Positions 48,257-57,155 of a DNA stretch of 64,000 nt are shown in pieces. Where the stretch lies: the NCBI GenBank assembly GCA_963674755.2, contig CAXXVS010000002.1, positions 1,792,001-1,856,000 on the forward strand. Reading direction: 5' to 3'. The notes under the pieces are model-generated. The model saw only the letters and a program-made list of their open reading frames with translations. It had not been told where the DNA came from and ran no database searches. Origin of the DNA: Desulfobacterales bacterium. GTDB lineage: Bacteria > Desulfobacterota > Desulfobacteria > Desulfobacterales > UBA5852. Each line of letters begins with the position of its first letter. Position 1 is the stretch's first letter. The position numbers and the translations under genes are program-made.

Positions 48257-48391
48257 ACGAAACGACCCCGCCGCAGAGCAGCGGGACATCGATCAAGGCG
48301 AGCTAGCGTCGCAAACGGTGGGGCATTAAACCCTCGTCCGTCGCTGGCGGATTAAAACAAAGTGGCCAGCCCCGGGGATTCGGCTTAACAG

Positions 48392-48559
48392 CTAAAACAA
48401 GCCATCGGGCTGGTCCGTGTGATCAGCCTGTGACGTCTCTGCGTCCCCTTCCTGGGCCAACGCCTTTTTTTCCAGCCGGCGCTGCATCTTTCTTTCCTGT
48501 TTTTCTCTTCTCTTCATATCTTTCTCGCGCTTTTTAAAGGTTTCCTGGGGTCTTGCCAT
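48392..48559 (-). CDS. Small basic 55-aa protein (MARPQETFKKREKDMKRREKQERK...)
   Basis: RBS gaggtg; coiled, K/R/E-rich N-terminal half. Below the ORF-track length cutoff. Confidence 0.7.
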   Translation of the reverse strand: MARPQETFKKREKDMKRREKQERKMQRRLEKKALAQEGDAETSQADHTDQPDGLF

Positions 48560-48599
48560 GGCGTCACCTCGCAGACCGGTTGACGGTTATTGCACTAAA

Positions 48600-48634
48600 A
48601 GAAAAAGGCATTCCCCCAGTGGGGAAATGCCTTT
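48600..48634 (-). terminator. Terminator after the cold-shock gene
   Basis: aaaggcattcccc-cagt-ggggaaatgccttt with an adjacent A-run. Confidence 0.75.
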
Positions 48635-48651
48635 CCACTTGATACGAAACG

Positions 48652-48852
48652 TTAAGCTATGGTGACATTCGTCGCCGAAGGACCCTTCGGTCCCTGGGTG
48701 ATGTCAAAAGACACCTGATCGCCTTCTTTGAGGGATTTAAAGCCGGTCGCGTTGATTCCCGAATGGTGCACAAACACGTCCGGACCGTTCTCCTGCTCAA
48801 TGAAGCCGAAACCTTTTTGGTCGTTAAACCACTTGACAGTTCCATCAGCCAT
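48652..48852 (-). CDS. Cold-shock protein (CspA family)
   Basis: [15 protein letters not shown]...DVFVHHS...GPKGPSA. Confidence 0.97.
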   Translation of the reverse strand: MADGTVKWFNDQKGFGFIEQENGPDVFVHHSGINATGFKSLKEGDQVSFDITQGPKGPSATNVTIA

Positions 48853-49406
48853 AATCGCATCCTCCTTTCAAAAGAATTTCAATGTTCCTGCCTGGAGGGT
48901 GCCACTATAAAAATGGAGTTTCCTTCAGAGAGTAACCGTTCCGGCTATATATGGTAGGATATATGAGGCGGAGCTTGCTTGATGACAGACAACATAACCC
49001 CTATCCCGGACAATAGCAAGGTAATAAGCGATTATATTTTGCACCAATGCGATTATGACGACAGGTAGAAGAATATCTATGGCTTTCATATCCCGCGATA
49101 TAACAGGAAGAAAACAGACAGCCGGCAACCCCGCCGGGGACCTTCAAACGGACTTTGGATGACTCTATGGTATTGCAATTTGGCGACAGAAGCCTATTGT
49201 CTCTGCGTTGGCAAAATCTTGATAGCGCATCGCGCCAGGGTCGGCCGGCTCCACCCGGCACATTCAGGGTCAGGGAAAGCCCTGTGTTGCAGAGATATGC
49301 CCGCTATCATTTATTGCGATAAAAAGGGGAAGCCCGGCGCGCGCTGCCGGGAATAGCAACGTGTCGGCCAGCCCCTGCCGTCCAAGGATAAGAAAGGTCA
49401 AATAAC

Positions 49407-50465
49407 ATGAGTAAGCTGTTTTCACCGTTCAAGCTGGGCAGCATCGAATTCAAAAACCGCATTTTCGTATCCCCCATGTGCCAATACTCCAGCCGGGACG
49501 GGTTGCCCGCCGATTGGCACCTGGTCCACCTTGGCAGCCGGGCGGTGGGGGGCGCCGCCCTGGTAATGGTAGAGGCCACGGCGATCTCGCCGGAAGGGCG
49601 CATATCGCCGTTTGACAGCGGCATCTGGACCGACGAACACGCGCAGCGATTTGAGCGGATCACCCGTTTCATCAAGCAGCAGAACAGCATACCGGCCATC
49701 CAACTGGCCCATGCCGGCCGCAAGGCCTCTACCGATGTCCCCTGGCAAGGCGGCCGTCCCCTAAACGAGGATGCCGATGGCTGGCAGACCATCGCCCCCA
49801 GCGCCATCCCGTTTGACGACAGTGACCCGGTTCCCCGCGAAATGTCCGCTGGCGACATCGACGCTGTCGTCGATCAGTTCGTTTCCGCTACGCGCCGCAG
49901 CCTCGCCGCCGGGTTCCAGGTAGCCGAGGTGCATATGGCTCACGGCTACCTGCTGCATGAATTTTTGTCCCCCCTGTCGAATAGGCGCACAGATCGTTAT
50001 GGCGGTTCCCTCGGAAACCGGATGCGCCTTCCGCTGGAAGTGGCCCAGGCCGTGCGAAACGTATGGCCCCGAGAGCTTCCCTTGTTCGTGCGTATTTCCA
50101 GCACCGACTGGGTCGAAGGCGGGTGGGACCTGGAACAGTCCATCGAGTTGTGCAAACAACTGAAAAAGGTGGGAATCGACCTGATCGATTGCTCCAGCGG
50201 CGCGCTGGTGCCTTATGCCAAAATCCCGGCCGGCCCCGGATTCCAAACCCCCTTTGCGGCCGCGATCCGACAGGCCGCCGGCATTGCCACCGGAACGGTG
50301 GGGCTGATCACCAGCCCCCAGCAGGCCGAACAGATTGTGGCGACCGGCCAGGCCGATGTCGTGCTCCTGGCCCGCGAAATGCTGCGCGACCCCTATTGGC
50401 CGCTGCATGCCGCCAAAGCGCTTAAAACCGAGGTCGCCTGGCCTGTGCAATATGAACGGGCGTAG
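49407..50465 (+). CDS. NADH:flavin oxidoreductase, old yellow enzyme (YqjM/NamA type)
   Basis: SPMCQYS, QLAHAGRK, HMAHGYLLHEFLSP and C-terminal QYERA. Confidence 0.93.
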   Translation: MSKLFSPFKLGSIEFKNRIFVSPMCQYSSRDGLPADWHLVHLGSRAVGGAALVMVEATAISPEGRISPFDSGIWTDEHAQRFERITRFIKQQNSIPAIQLAHAGRKASTDVPWQGGRPLNEDADGWQTIAPSAIPFDDSDPVPREMSAGDIDAVVDQFVSATRRSLAAGFQVAEVHMAHGYLLHEFLSPLSNRRTDRYGGSLGNRMRLPLEVAQAVRNVWPRELPLFVRISSTDWVEGGWDLEQSIELCKQLKKVGIDLIDCSSGALVPYAKIPAGPGFQTPFAAAIRQAAGIATGTVGLITSPQQAEQIVATGQADVVLLAREMLRDPYWPLHAAKALKTEVAWPVQYERA

Positions 50466-50595
50466 GATTAGCACTGAAACATCTTAAGGAAATGGTTTTT
50501 GGGACGATTAGCGCTACAGGCGTTGCTGATAAGGGCAGGGCCGGCAGCCCGCGCCTTTCAAACGGTCTTCAAGAGAATATCCGGCAGGAACCCGC

Positions 50596-50845
50596 ATGAA
50601 AGAACGCGTTCTCTATGTTGATGAGGTTAAGAAAAGACATCCGGAAAGCGTCCGGATGATTCTTACAGGTCATGCCGATTTAGAGGCGGCGATTGCCGCA
50701 ATCAATAAAGGCAAAGTGTTTCGCTTTATCCAAAAGCCGTGGGATGATGATAAGCTGAAAGCGGAAATTGCCGCCGCACTTGAGTATCACGAAGCAATAT
50801 CAGGCCTGCGGCTGCTTGGCGAAAAAGGAGTGGAAGCCGCCCTGA
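50596..50845 (+). pseudogene. Response regulator receiver with large internal deletion
   Basis: MKERVLYVDE joins directly to VKKRHPESVRMILTG...KPW. The phospho-Asp segment is absent and the ORF runs into the convergent gene. Confidence 0.7.
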
Positions 50846-51856
50846 TTAAGGCTTTATCTCGACCACCGTACCATTGGGTACAAACCGATAGATTTCTTCC
50901 ATCTCCTGGTCGGTGACCGCAATGCACCCCTCGGTCCAATCCCTTTCGGCGTGAGCAGCACCGAGCTTTGCGAAGCCATTTTTAATGCCATGGATCATGA
51001 TATCGCCGCCCGGAGAAACACCCAGTTCCCTGGCCCGTCGTTTGTCACCTTCATTGGGATAGGAAATATGAAGAGACAGGTGATAACCGCTGTTGCCGTT
51101 TCGCGAATCGATAATGTAGGTGCCTTCCGGCGTTTTGCAGTCCCCCTGCTGTTCTTTCGGTCCCACCGGGTTGCCGCCCAGGGCGATTGTGTAGGTTTTG
51201 AGCACCTCGCCCTTGGCGAGCAGGGTCAAGCGTCGCGTTTGCTTTTCGATTAAAACCTTGTCGACCGCTTCCGCTCTGAGGGCAAAAAGTTTTTCTTCGA
51301 GGGTTGCAATCGTATCCTGCAGTTTATCGATCTCGTCCGCTTTGTCTTCCAGCGCTTGCCGGGAAGTATCCAGCGCGGCCTGCTGGGCGGCAATGGTTTC
51401 ATCCTTCAGCGTGGCGTTATGGATCTGCAGGATCATCATTTGGCTGTCGAGCCGGTATTCACTCTCCGAGTAATCCCCGACGATTTTCTGAAAACAGTTC
51501 AGCGCTTTCTGATAGTCCTTTTGGGGGTTGGTGGGATAGGCATAGGTAATCCCCATCTCGAAGAGAATGCGGTCCACGGCATCGGGATCGTTAGCTAAAA
51601 GCTGTTCGTAGCGGCTCAGGGCCGCCGCGTAATCGCCCTGATTGAAAAACCGGCTGGCCTCCTGCGAAAGAGCGCCCTCATCGATGTGACTGCATCCGCC
51701 GATCAGCATCGCAACCATCGTCAACCCGACCGTGCAGAACCGAAAAAAACCGCCTGCGCCTTGGGGCCGTATATCTGCTTGCGCTTTAGCGCTTGTCAGC
51801 TGCGTGATAGATGATCGCAAACTTCGTCCTTTTGCTGATAGATTCGCAACACACAA
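50846..51856 (-). CDS. L,D-transpeptidase-family lipoprotein (YafK/DpaA-like) with TPR and coiled coil
   Basis: GDCKTPEG, LHISYPN, IMIHG...WTEGCIA; lipobox-like IGGC. Start uncertain. Confidence 0.85.
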   Translation of the reverse strand: MCVANLSAKGRSLRSSITQLTSAKAQADIRPQGAGGFFRFCTVGLTMVAMLIGGCSHIDEGALSQEASRFFNQGDYAAALSRYEQLLANDPDAVDRILFEMGITYAYPTNPQKDYQKALNCFQKIVGDYSESEYRLDSQMMILQIHNATLKDETIAAQQAALDTSRQALEDKADEIDKLQDTIATLEEKLFALRAEAVDKVLIEKQTRRLTLLAKGEVLKTYTIALGGNPVGPKEQQGDCKTPEGTYIIDSRNGNSGYHLSLHISYPNEGDKRRARELGVSPGGDIMIHGIKNGFAKLGAAHAERDWTEGCIAVTDQEMEEIYRFVPNGTVVEIKP

Positions 51857-51932
51857 CCTATCGATGAACAGGAGACGCCGTCAAAGACAAGAAAGTGGCC
51901 GGGCGATACTACCCGGCCACTTTCATATCAGG

Positions 51933-52256
51933 CTACTTCTTCATGGATTTCTGGAATTTTTCATCGGCGGCTTTCGCTTTTTCCTCGGCCAGCCGCTCCT
52001 TTTCCGCTGCCATGGCCTCTCTTTCGTTGGCCCGCTTTTCAGCCTCCTCGGCGCGATCCATGGCTTCATTGGCCTTCCGGATAGCCTCGTCGGCGGCCAT
52101 CTTGGCCTCCTCCGCATCCTGGGCCGCCTGATCGGCCTTTACGGCCATGGCTTTTTCCCGGGCCTCGACCGCCTCCAGATCACCCTTTGTTGCGCAACCG
52201 ACAAACCCGACGGCGAGCGCCAGCAGCATGGAAATCCCTAAAAACAATCTCTTCAT
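51933..52256 (-). CDS. Lpp/OprI-like alanine-zipper lipoprotein
   Basis: Lipobox FVGC; Ala-rich heptads; ends FQKSMKK. Confidence 0.85.
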   Translation of the reverse strand: MKRLFLGISMLLALAVGFVGCATKGDLEAVEAREKAMAVKADQAAQDAEEAKMAADEAIRKANEAMDRAEEAEKRANEREAMAAEKERLAEEKAKAADEKFQKSMKK

Positions 52257-52363
52257 AATGGTATTCCCTCCTTTCCCTTCCGTTTACCTGATATTACGAC
52301 GATTACAACATTCCGCCAAACGCCATCATATGCCGCGATGGCGCCAACCAACTCCATTGCCTT

Positions 52364-53677
52364 TTAAGTTTCAAACAATACGCCATCTAGTTCCAAATCG
52401 ATTTTCAAGCGCTGGGCCGCATCTTCGGCTGCATTCTCATTATCGAAAGGACCGGCCAGAACACGGTGGCGGCCATCCTTGGACAATACCCGGGCCGGGA
52501 TCGGCGGTCCCTGATGGTTGATAATGGCCGCCAGCCTCAGGGCGTCCTCCTTGTCACGCAGATTCGCCGCCAGAACATACCAGGCGTCCGTCTTGAAGGC
52601 CGGTATTTCCGGTTGGCCGTACAACCTGTCGGGATGCCTGATATGGATAGCATCCGCGACCGTCATTTCGCGCCCATTGAGAACAGCGGACACGGGCACA
52701 GGAAACCCGCGGGCCTCGAGCACGACCTCCTTGACCCGTTTCCAGTCCAGGGGACGACCGGATTGCTTTTCAATCCGCTGCAATTTGGCATAGGTCGTCT
52801 TCCAGTTGGCGGTTCCCGATTCTTCAAAGGGGGTGTGGGCTTCCAGATAAACCACGCCGTCGCGCCGGCCGACGAGATAGGGCTGGTTGACTATCTGGAC
52901 ACGTGTTTTCACGGCGGTTTTTTTGAACAGCCGTTCGATGTCTTCCGGATAGAGCCGTATGCAGCCATTGGTGGCCCGCAGGCCGATACTGGCCGGCTTG
53001 TTGGTCCCATGGATCAAATAGCCGGCCTCGCTCAAGTAAAGCGCGTATTCCCCCAAGGGGTTCAGCGGGCCCGGAGGGACGGAAGACGGCAGGGGATCCC
53101 CCTTTTTTCGATGATCGGCGGCTATCGAGGCGGGCACATACCAGGTCGGAAGGTGCTTTTTGCGGGTGATAATCATCTTGCCCATGGGGGAGGGCCGCTC
53201 CTTCGTGCCGACGCCGACCGGGTAGGTCGACACGGCTAGCAGGTCGCCTTTTCCTTTAAAATAAAAGAGCCGCATCGTAGCCAAGTTGATCACGATGCCG
53301 TTGCGCCGGGTGTCGGGCAGGATAAAACTCATGGGCAGCAGGATACGCCCCCAGGTATCCGGCACCCAGATGTCGACGCCCGGATTGGCCGAACTGACGG
53401 TATTGATGCCCAGGCTGAAATGGCGGGCGATATCCGGCAGGGTATCCCCCTTCTCCAGCCGGATCGTCGCCAGACGGCCGACCACGTCATCGTCTTTGGC
53501 GACCGTGAAGTCGTTTCGATCGATCGCATCCTCCGGGTAGGCGGGCATGGGCAGCGATTTGGCCATGAATTCCTGCATATGCGCACAGCCCGGCAACGAC
53601 AGGAGAACCATCAAGAGGATTGCAAGAGGAAGTCTGTTAAATGCGGGAAACAGGTCGGCTATTCGATTCAGGGTCAT
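52364..53677 (-). CDS. L,D-transpeptidase (ErfK/YcfS-like) with LysM and SPOR domains
   Basis: GDTLPDIAR...ANPGVD, PPGPLNPLG, LIHGTN...TNGCIRL, and C-terminal HRVLAGPF. Start uncertain. Confidence 0.9.
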   Translation of the reverse strand: MTLNRIADLFPAFNRLPLAILLMVLLSLPGCAHMQEFMAKSLPMPAYPEDAIDRNDFTVAKDDDVVGRLATIRLEKGDTLPDIARHFSLGINTVSSANPGVDIWVPDTWGRILLPMSFILPDTRRNGIVINLATMRLFYFKGKGDLLAVSTYPVGVGTKERPSPMGKMIITRKKHLPTWYVPASIAADHRKKGDPLPSSVPPGPLNPLGEYALYLSEAGYLIHGTNKPASIGLRATNGCIRLYPEDIERLFKKTAVKTRVQIVNQPYLVGRRDGVVYLEAHTPFEESGTANWKTTYAKLQRIEKQSGRPLDWKRVKEVVLEARGFPVPVSAVLNGREMTVADAIHIRHPDRLYGQPEIPAFKTDAWYVLAANLRDKEDALRLAAIINHQGPPIPARVLSKDGRHRVLAGPFDNENAAEDAAQRLKIDLELDGVLFET

Positions 53678-54028
53678 ATATGCAACGATTTTTAGTGTCG
53701 AAAGGTTAAATCCCGCCCCATCGTGCAACGGAACCGTATGATAAAACACACAAGTCTTCACCCTAAATGACATAATAATGAAAATCGGCGCTAACAATAC
53801 CATGGACGAAGTACGCCAAGATGGCATGCTTTTTACGAATAAAACGTGCGCCTTCGGTCTGGCAATTCCTCTCCCCGCAAGCTGTTCGGCCGGCGGGCGG
53901 TAACGTTCAGGGGCGTTTCACCACCAAACAGGGCCTTCGATTCGTCTACGTCCAACAGCCCCGCGACGCGGGTCTGACAATCTCTGCAAAGTCCATTCCC
54001 AAAGATGCCATCGCTGGATGGGCACGAT

Positions 54029-54652
54029 TTAGCCCAGCAACAAGTTAATCACCGATAGAATCATCCAGCGAAAAAAGTCAATCACGGGGTTTAAAACCCC
54101 GAAATACAGCAACGCGATGATAATGATAAACCCATAGCGTTCGGAACGGAAAAGCAGATTTTGAACTTTGGGGGATGCAAACCCCATGAGGATTTTGGAC
54201 CCGTCGAGCGGCGGCAGGGGGATCAAATTAAAGGCGGCCAGGATAATGTTGATCTGGGCGAAATAATAGAGCAGCACGGCCGGCATACTGGAGGGCGCAG
54301 GGGACAGCAGCCGCGTCAGAAACATGGCCATAAACGCCAATAGCATGTTCGCGATGATCCCGGCGGCGGAGACCAAAATCATGCCCATGCGCCGGTCACG
54401 CAGTTGGCCGAAATTCACCGGCACCGGTTTGGCCCATCCAAAGCCGAAAACGAAAAGCATGAGGGTGCCCAGGGGGTCGAGATGCTTGAGGGGATTCAGG
54501 CTCAGCCGGCCCATTGACTTGGCCGTGGAATCGCCTAAGCGGTAGGCGACCCAGCCATGGGCCAGCTCATGAAAAATGATGGCATACAAGAGTGGAATGG
54601 CGATAAGGATGAATGCAACCGGATCTTTCAGCAGCAGATTGAGCAGGCCCAT
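54029..54652 (-). CDS. Site-2 protease (M50) family protein
   Basis: HELAH, GWAKPVPVN and FNLIPLPPLDG. Confidence 0.92.
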   Translation of the reverse strand: MGLLNLLLKDPVAFILIAIPLLYAIIFHELAHGWVAYRLGDSTAKSMGRLSLNPLKHLDPLGTLMLFVFGFGWAKPVPVNFGQLRDRRMGMILVSAAGIIANMLLAFMAMFLTRLLSPAPSSMPAVLLYYFAQINIILAAFNLIPLPPLDGSKILMGFASPKVQNLLFRSERYGFIIIIALLYFGVLNPVIDFFRWMILSVINLLLG

Positions 54653-55109
54653 GAATTTTCTCCCGATAGATGGTGTTCTTCCAGAGATGGCAGATTCGAG
54701 GTCGATCTTTGTGACACAACACCTGCCAAACCTCCAGAGAAAACATTGGAAGCTATGCCTCACGCAAAGCCGCTAAGTGCCATACATATTCTTGTACGGG
54801 TAGGTCATAGCGGCCAGGCCATTTGTCATGCGACCCCAAACGACGCATGCAACAGCGCAACGAATACCCATACCATGGTGCCTCATGATGGGATATTCAA
54901 TATTCCGCCTGATCCGGTGGGCCGCCCTGGCAGTGTACCCCTGCGCCGGATGAGGGGAACGCACCGCCATCGACGATAGTGCCCAACAGCGGAATAGCGC
55001 CGGGCGTATCCAGGCCTCCCTATTTTTAATCCATCCCGTGCTCCCGGTTGTTTCATTCATCATCCCCCAAACCCGACCGTCTGATTGATTTAAAAAGATG
55101 TCGGCAACA

Positions 55110-55139
55110 TGTAAACAAATTGAGACGACCGCACGTCTA
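55110..55139 (+). promoter_or_regulatory. ECF-type promoter, probably autoregulatory
   Basis: TGTAAAC-17 nt-CGTCTA upstream of the sigma gene (AAC/CGT pattern). Confidence 0.55.
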
Positions 55140-55198
55140 TAGGGTTGACAATGGTCCGCCCCCCCGTGAGTACGGTACAAAAGGGTGGACATGCCCCT

Positions 55199-55846
55199 GT
55201 GGAGACGGATAAGATTCTGATGATGCATGCCAAACGAGCCGAGGCGGAAAAGCCATCCGAAGCAGCGGACGTTTCGACGGTCGGGCTGGTGGAGCAAGCC
55301 CAGAATGGGGATCGAACGGCCTTTCACAGGCTGGCGGATCAGTTTCAACCGAGGATCTACCGCATGATATTTTACCGGACCCGTTCCCGGATGGATGCCG
55401 AAGACCTTACCCAAGACGTAATGCTCAAGGCCTACAAAAACATTGGGGGGTTGAAGTCGTCCGAGGTTTTTACCAGCTGGCTCTATCGCATCGCCATGAA
55501 CCGGGTAAAGGATTACTATCGTAAGAAGCAATTCCGATCCCTGTTCGGGGTTGCATCGGTGGACGAGGAAGGCTTCCATGAAACCGCTGAAATGGCGGTG
55601 GCGCCGGAGGTGGAAGGCGCCCTTTCGAAAAAGGATTTCTGGCGGCAGATCGGCCGGATGCTGACCCGCCTGACCGCCATGGAGAAGGAAGTCTTTTTAC
55701 TGAGGTTTTTCGACCAGCTGTCAATTAAGGAAATGAGCGCAGCACTCCATAAAAGTGAGAGCAGCATCAAAACACAGCTTCACCGCGCCCTGCGCAAGGT
55801 TAAGGACAGGGCCGGCGAATTGGAAGTCCTCCTGGAGGGATCATGA
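55199..55846 (+). CDS. ECF RNA polymerase sigma factor
   Basis: GDRTAF, DAEDLTQD, FTSWLYRIAMN and SIKTQLHRA. Start uncertain (55145-55223). Confidence 0.92.
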   Translation: METDKILMMHAKRAEAEKPSEAADVSTVGLVEQAQNGDRTAFHRLADQFQPRIYRMIFYRTRSRMDAEDLTQDVMLKAYKNIGGLKSSEVFTSWLYRIAMNRVKDYYRKKQFRSLFGVASVDEEGFHETAEMAVAPEVEGALSKKDFWRQIGRMLTRLTAMEKEVFLLRFFDQLSIKEMSAALHKSESSIKTQLHRALRKVKDRAGELEVLLEGS

Positions 55847-56457
55847 CGCATCACAGTCCCAACGTACATTTTTCCGAGGATGAATTGCTGCGGGCGACGG
55901 TCGATCTAGCGGATCTGGATCCCGCCCGACAGGCACACCTTAAATCCTGCCTGCATTGCCAGCGCCAAGCCAGGGATTTGACCGATCGCTATCGTCGTCT
56001 AGGACAGATGGCCAGGCAGATGGCGCCCGAACCACGGAAGTCCTTCAGGGTGCCGGCGGACAATGCCCCGCTCCGCCGATGGCATTTAAAGCCGGTCATG
56101 GCGTTGGGGCTATTGGGGGTCCTGATTTTCGCCGTCACCTTGTGGGGACCGCGATTCACCCGAGATACCCAATCGCCCACGCCCATGGTGGCGCAAAATA
56201 ATGCGCATGACGATCAACTGATGGACGAGGTGGACACCCTGGTGGATGACGCCCTGCCGGAAGACTACCAGCAGTTGGTCGCCCTGTCAGACGATCGATC
56301 CGTCGAGGACCTGGACGATTTCATGAATTGGATGGTGCCTTCCCCGGAGGAAGGGGGAGATGTGGAGCAGCCGGCTACTTCGGACCGGGAAAACCGGCAG
56401 GGACCTTTAGCCCGGTCGCATGCGACGGTTCACGCAGAAGAAGGGACAATGGCATGA
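55843..56457 (+). CDS. Putative zinc-binding membrane anti-sigma factor
   Basis: HLKSCLHC (HxxxCxxC) and one TM segment; ATGA overlap with the sigma gene. Confidence 0.8.
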   Translation: MTHHSPNVHFSEDELLRATVDLADLDPARQAHLKSCLHCQRQARDLTDRYRRLGQMARQMAPEPRKSFRVPADNAPLRRWHLKPVMALGLLGVLIFAVTLWGPRFTRDTQSPTPMVAQNNAHDDQLMDEVDTLVDDALPEDYQQLVALSDDRSVEDLDDFMNWMVPSPEEGGDVEQPATSDRENRQGPLARSHATVHAEEGTMA

Positions 56458-56924
56458 AGCTCAAACGAACACTCGGTATGATGGCGGTTCTTTTCACGGT
56501 GCTGTCAATGGCAGGACCGGTAATGGCCAACGGTTCTTCCAAGTGGCGATGGTGGCATAACGACGCGATCATCACCCAGCTGAAGCTTTCTCCGGAGGAG
56601 ACCAAGGCGCTGGACGACGCTTTTGTCGAGTCGCGCCGCCGCATGCTGGAAGTCAAGGGACGGGTGGAGGCGGAGCGCTTTCAACTGGAAGAGATGATGA
56701 GCCGCCCCGAAATTGATGTGGCCGCCCTCCGGGAGCAAAACCGCAAAATGGAGTCGGCCCGCACCGAACTGGCGGAGGTACGCTTCGACTTCCTGTTGAA
56801 ATCGCGTGAAATTCTCGGATACGAGCGGTTCCAGAAGCTAACCGCAATTCAACGCCAATGGCGGAAAGAACGCCAGGAAAAATGGGATCAAAAACGGAAT
56901 GAACAGGAAAACCAGGGCAACTAG
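56454..56924 (+). CDS. Periplasmic Spy/CpxP/ZraP-like helical protein
   Basis: Signal peptide; WW...LKLSPEE and REILGYER (LTxxQ-like motifs). Confidence 0.8.
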   Translation: MKLKRTLGMMAVLFTVLSMAGPVMANGSSKWRWWHNDAIITQLKLSPEETKALDDAFVESRRRMLEVKGRVEAERFQLEEMMSRPEIDVAALREQNRKMESARTELAEVRFDFLLKSREILGYERFQKLTAIQRQWRKERQEKWDQKRNEQENQGN

Positions 56925-57155
56925 CCCGGAAATTCCAGCATATCCGGGCTAAAACCGCACGTCCGAAAAAAGCATTCCGGTGGCGCCCAATTCGGGGATT
57001 CGCCTATCAGCGCGGCAGCCTAGCGGCTTATCGGCTTATTAGCCTCTTTGCGCTGTCTGCGGTTCGGCGTGGGACAGGTGGCGTGGCGTTGCGGTTCTTG
57101 AGGGTGTCGACCGGAGGCCTCTTTGGCGTGTTCCCTTCCGTCAAACAGATGGTCA

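Noticed and set aside
54770..54785. TGGCAC motif (minus strand) upstream of the site-2 protease as a sigma54 promoter
   Set aside because: GG-to-GC spacing is 9 nt rather than the required 10.
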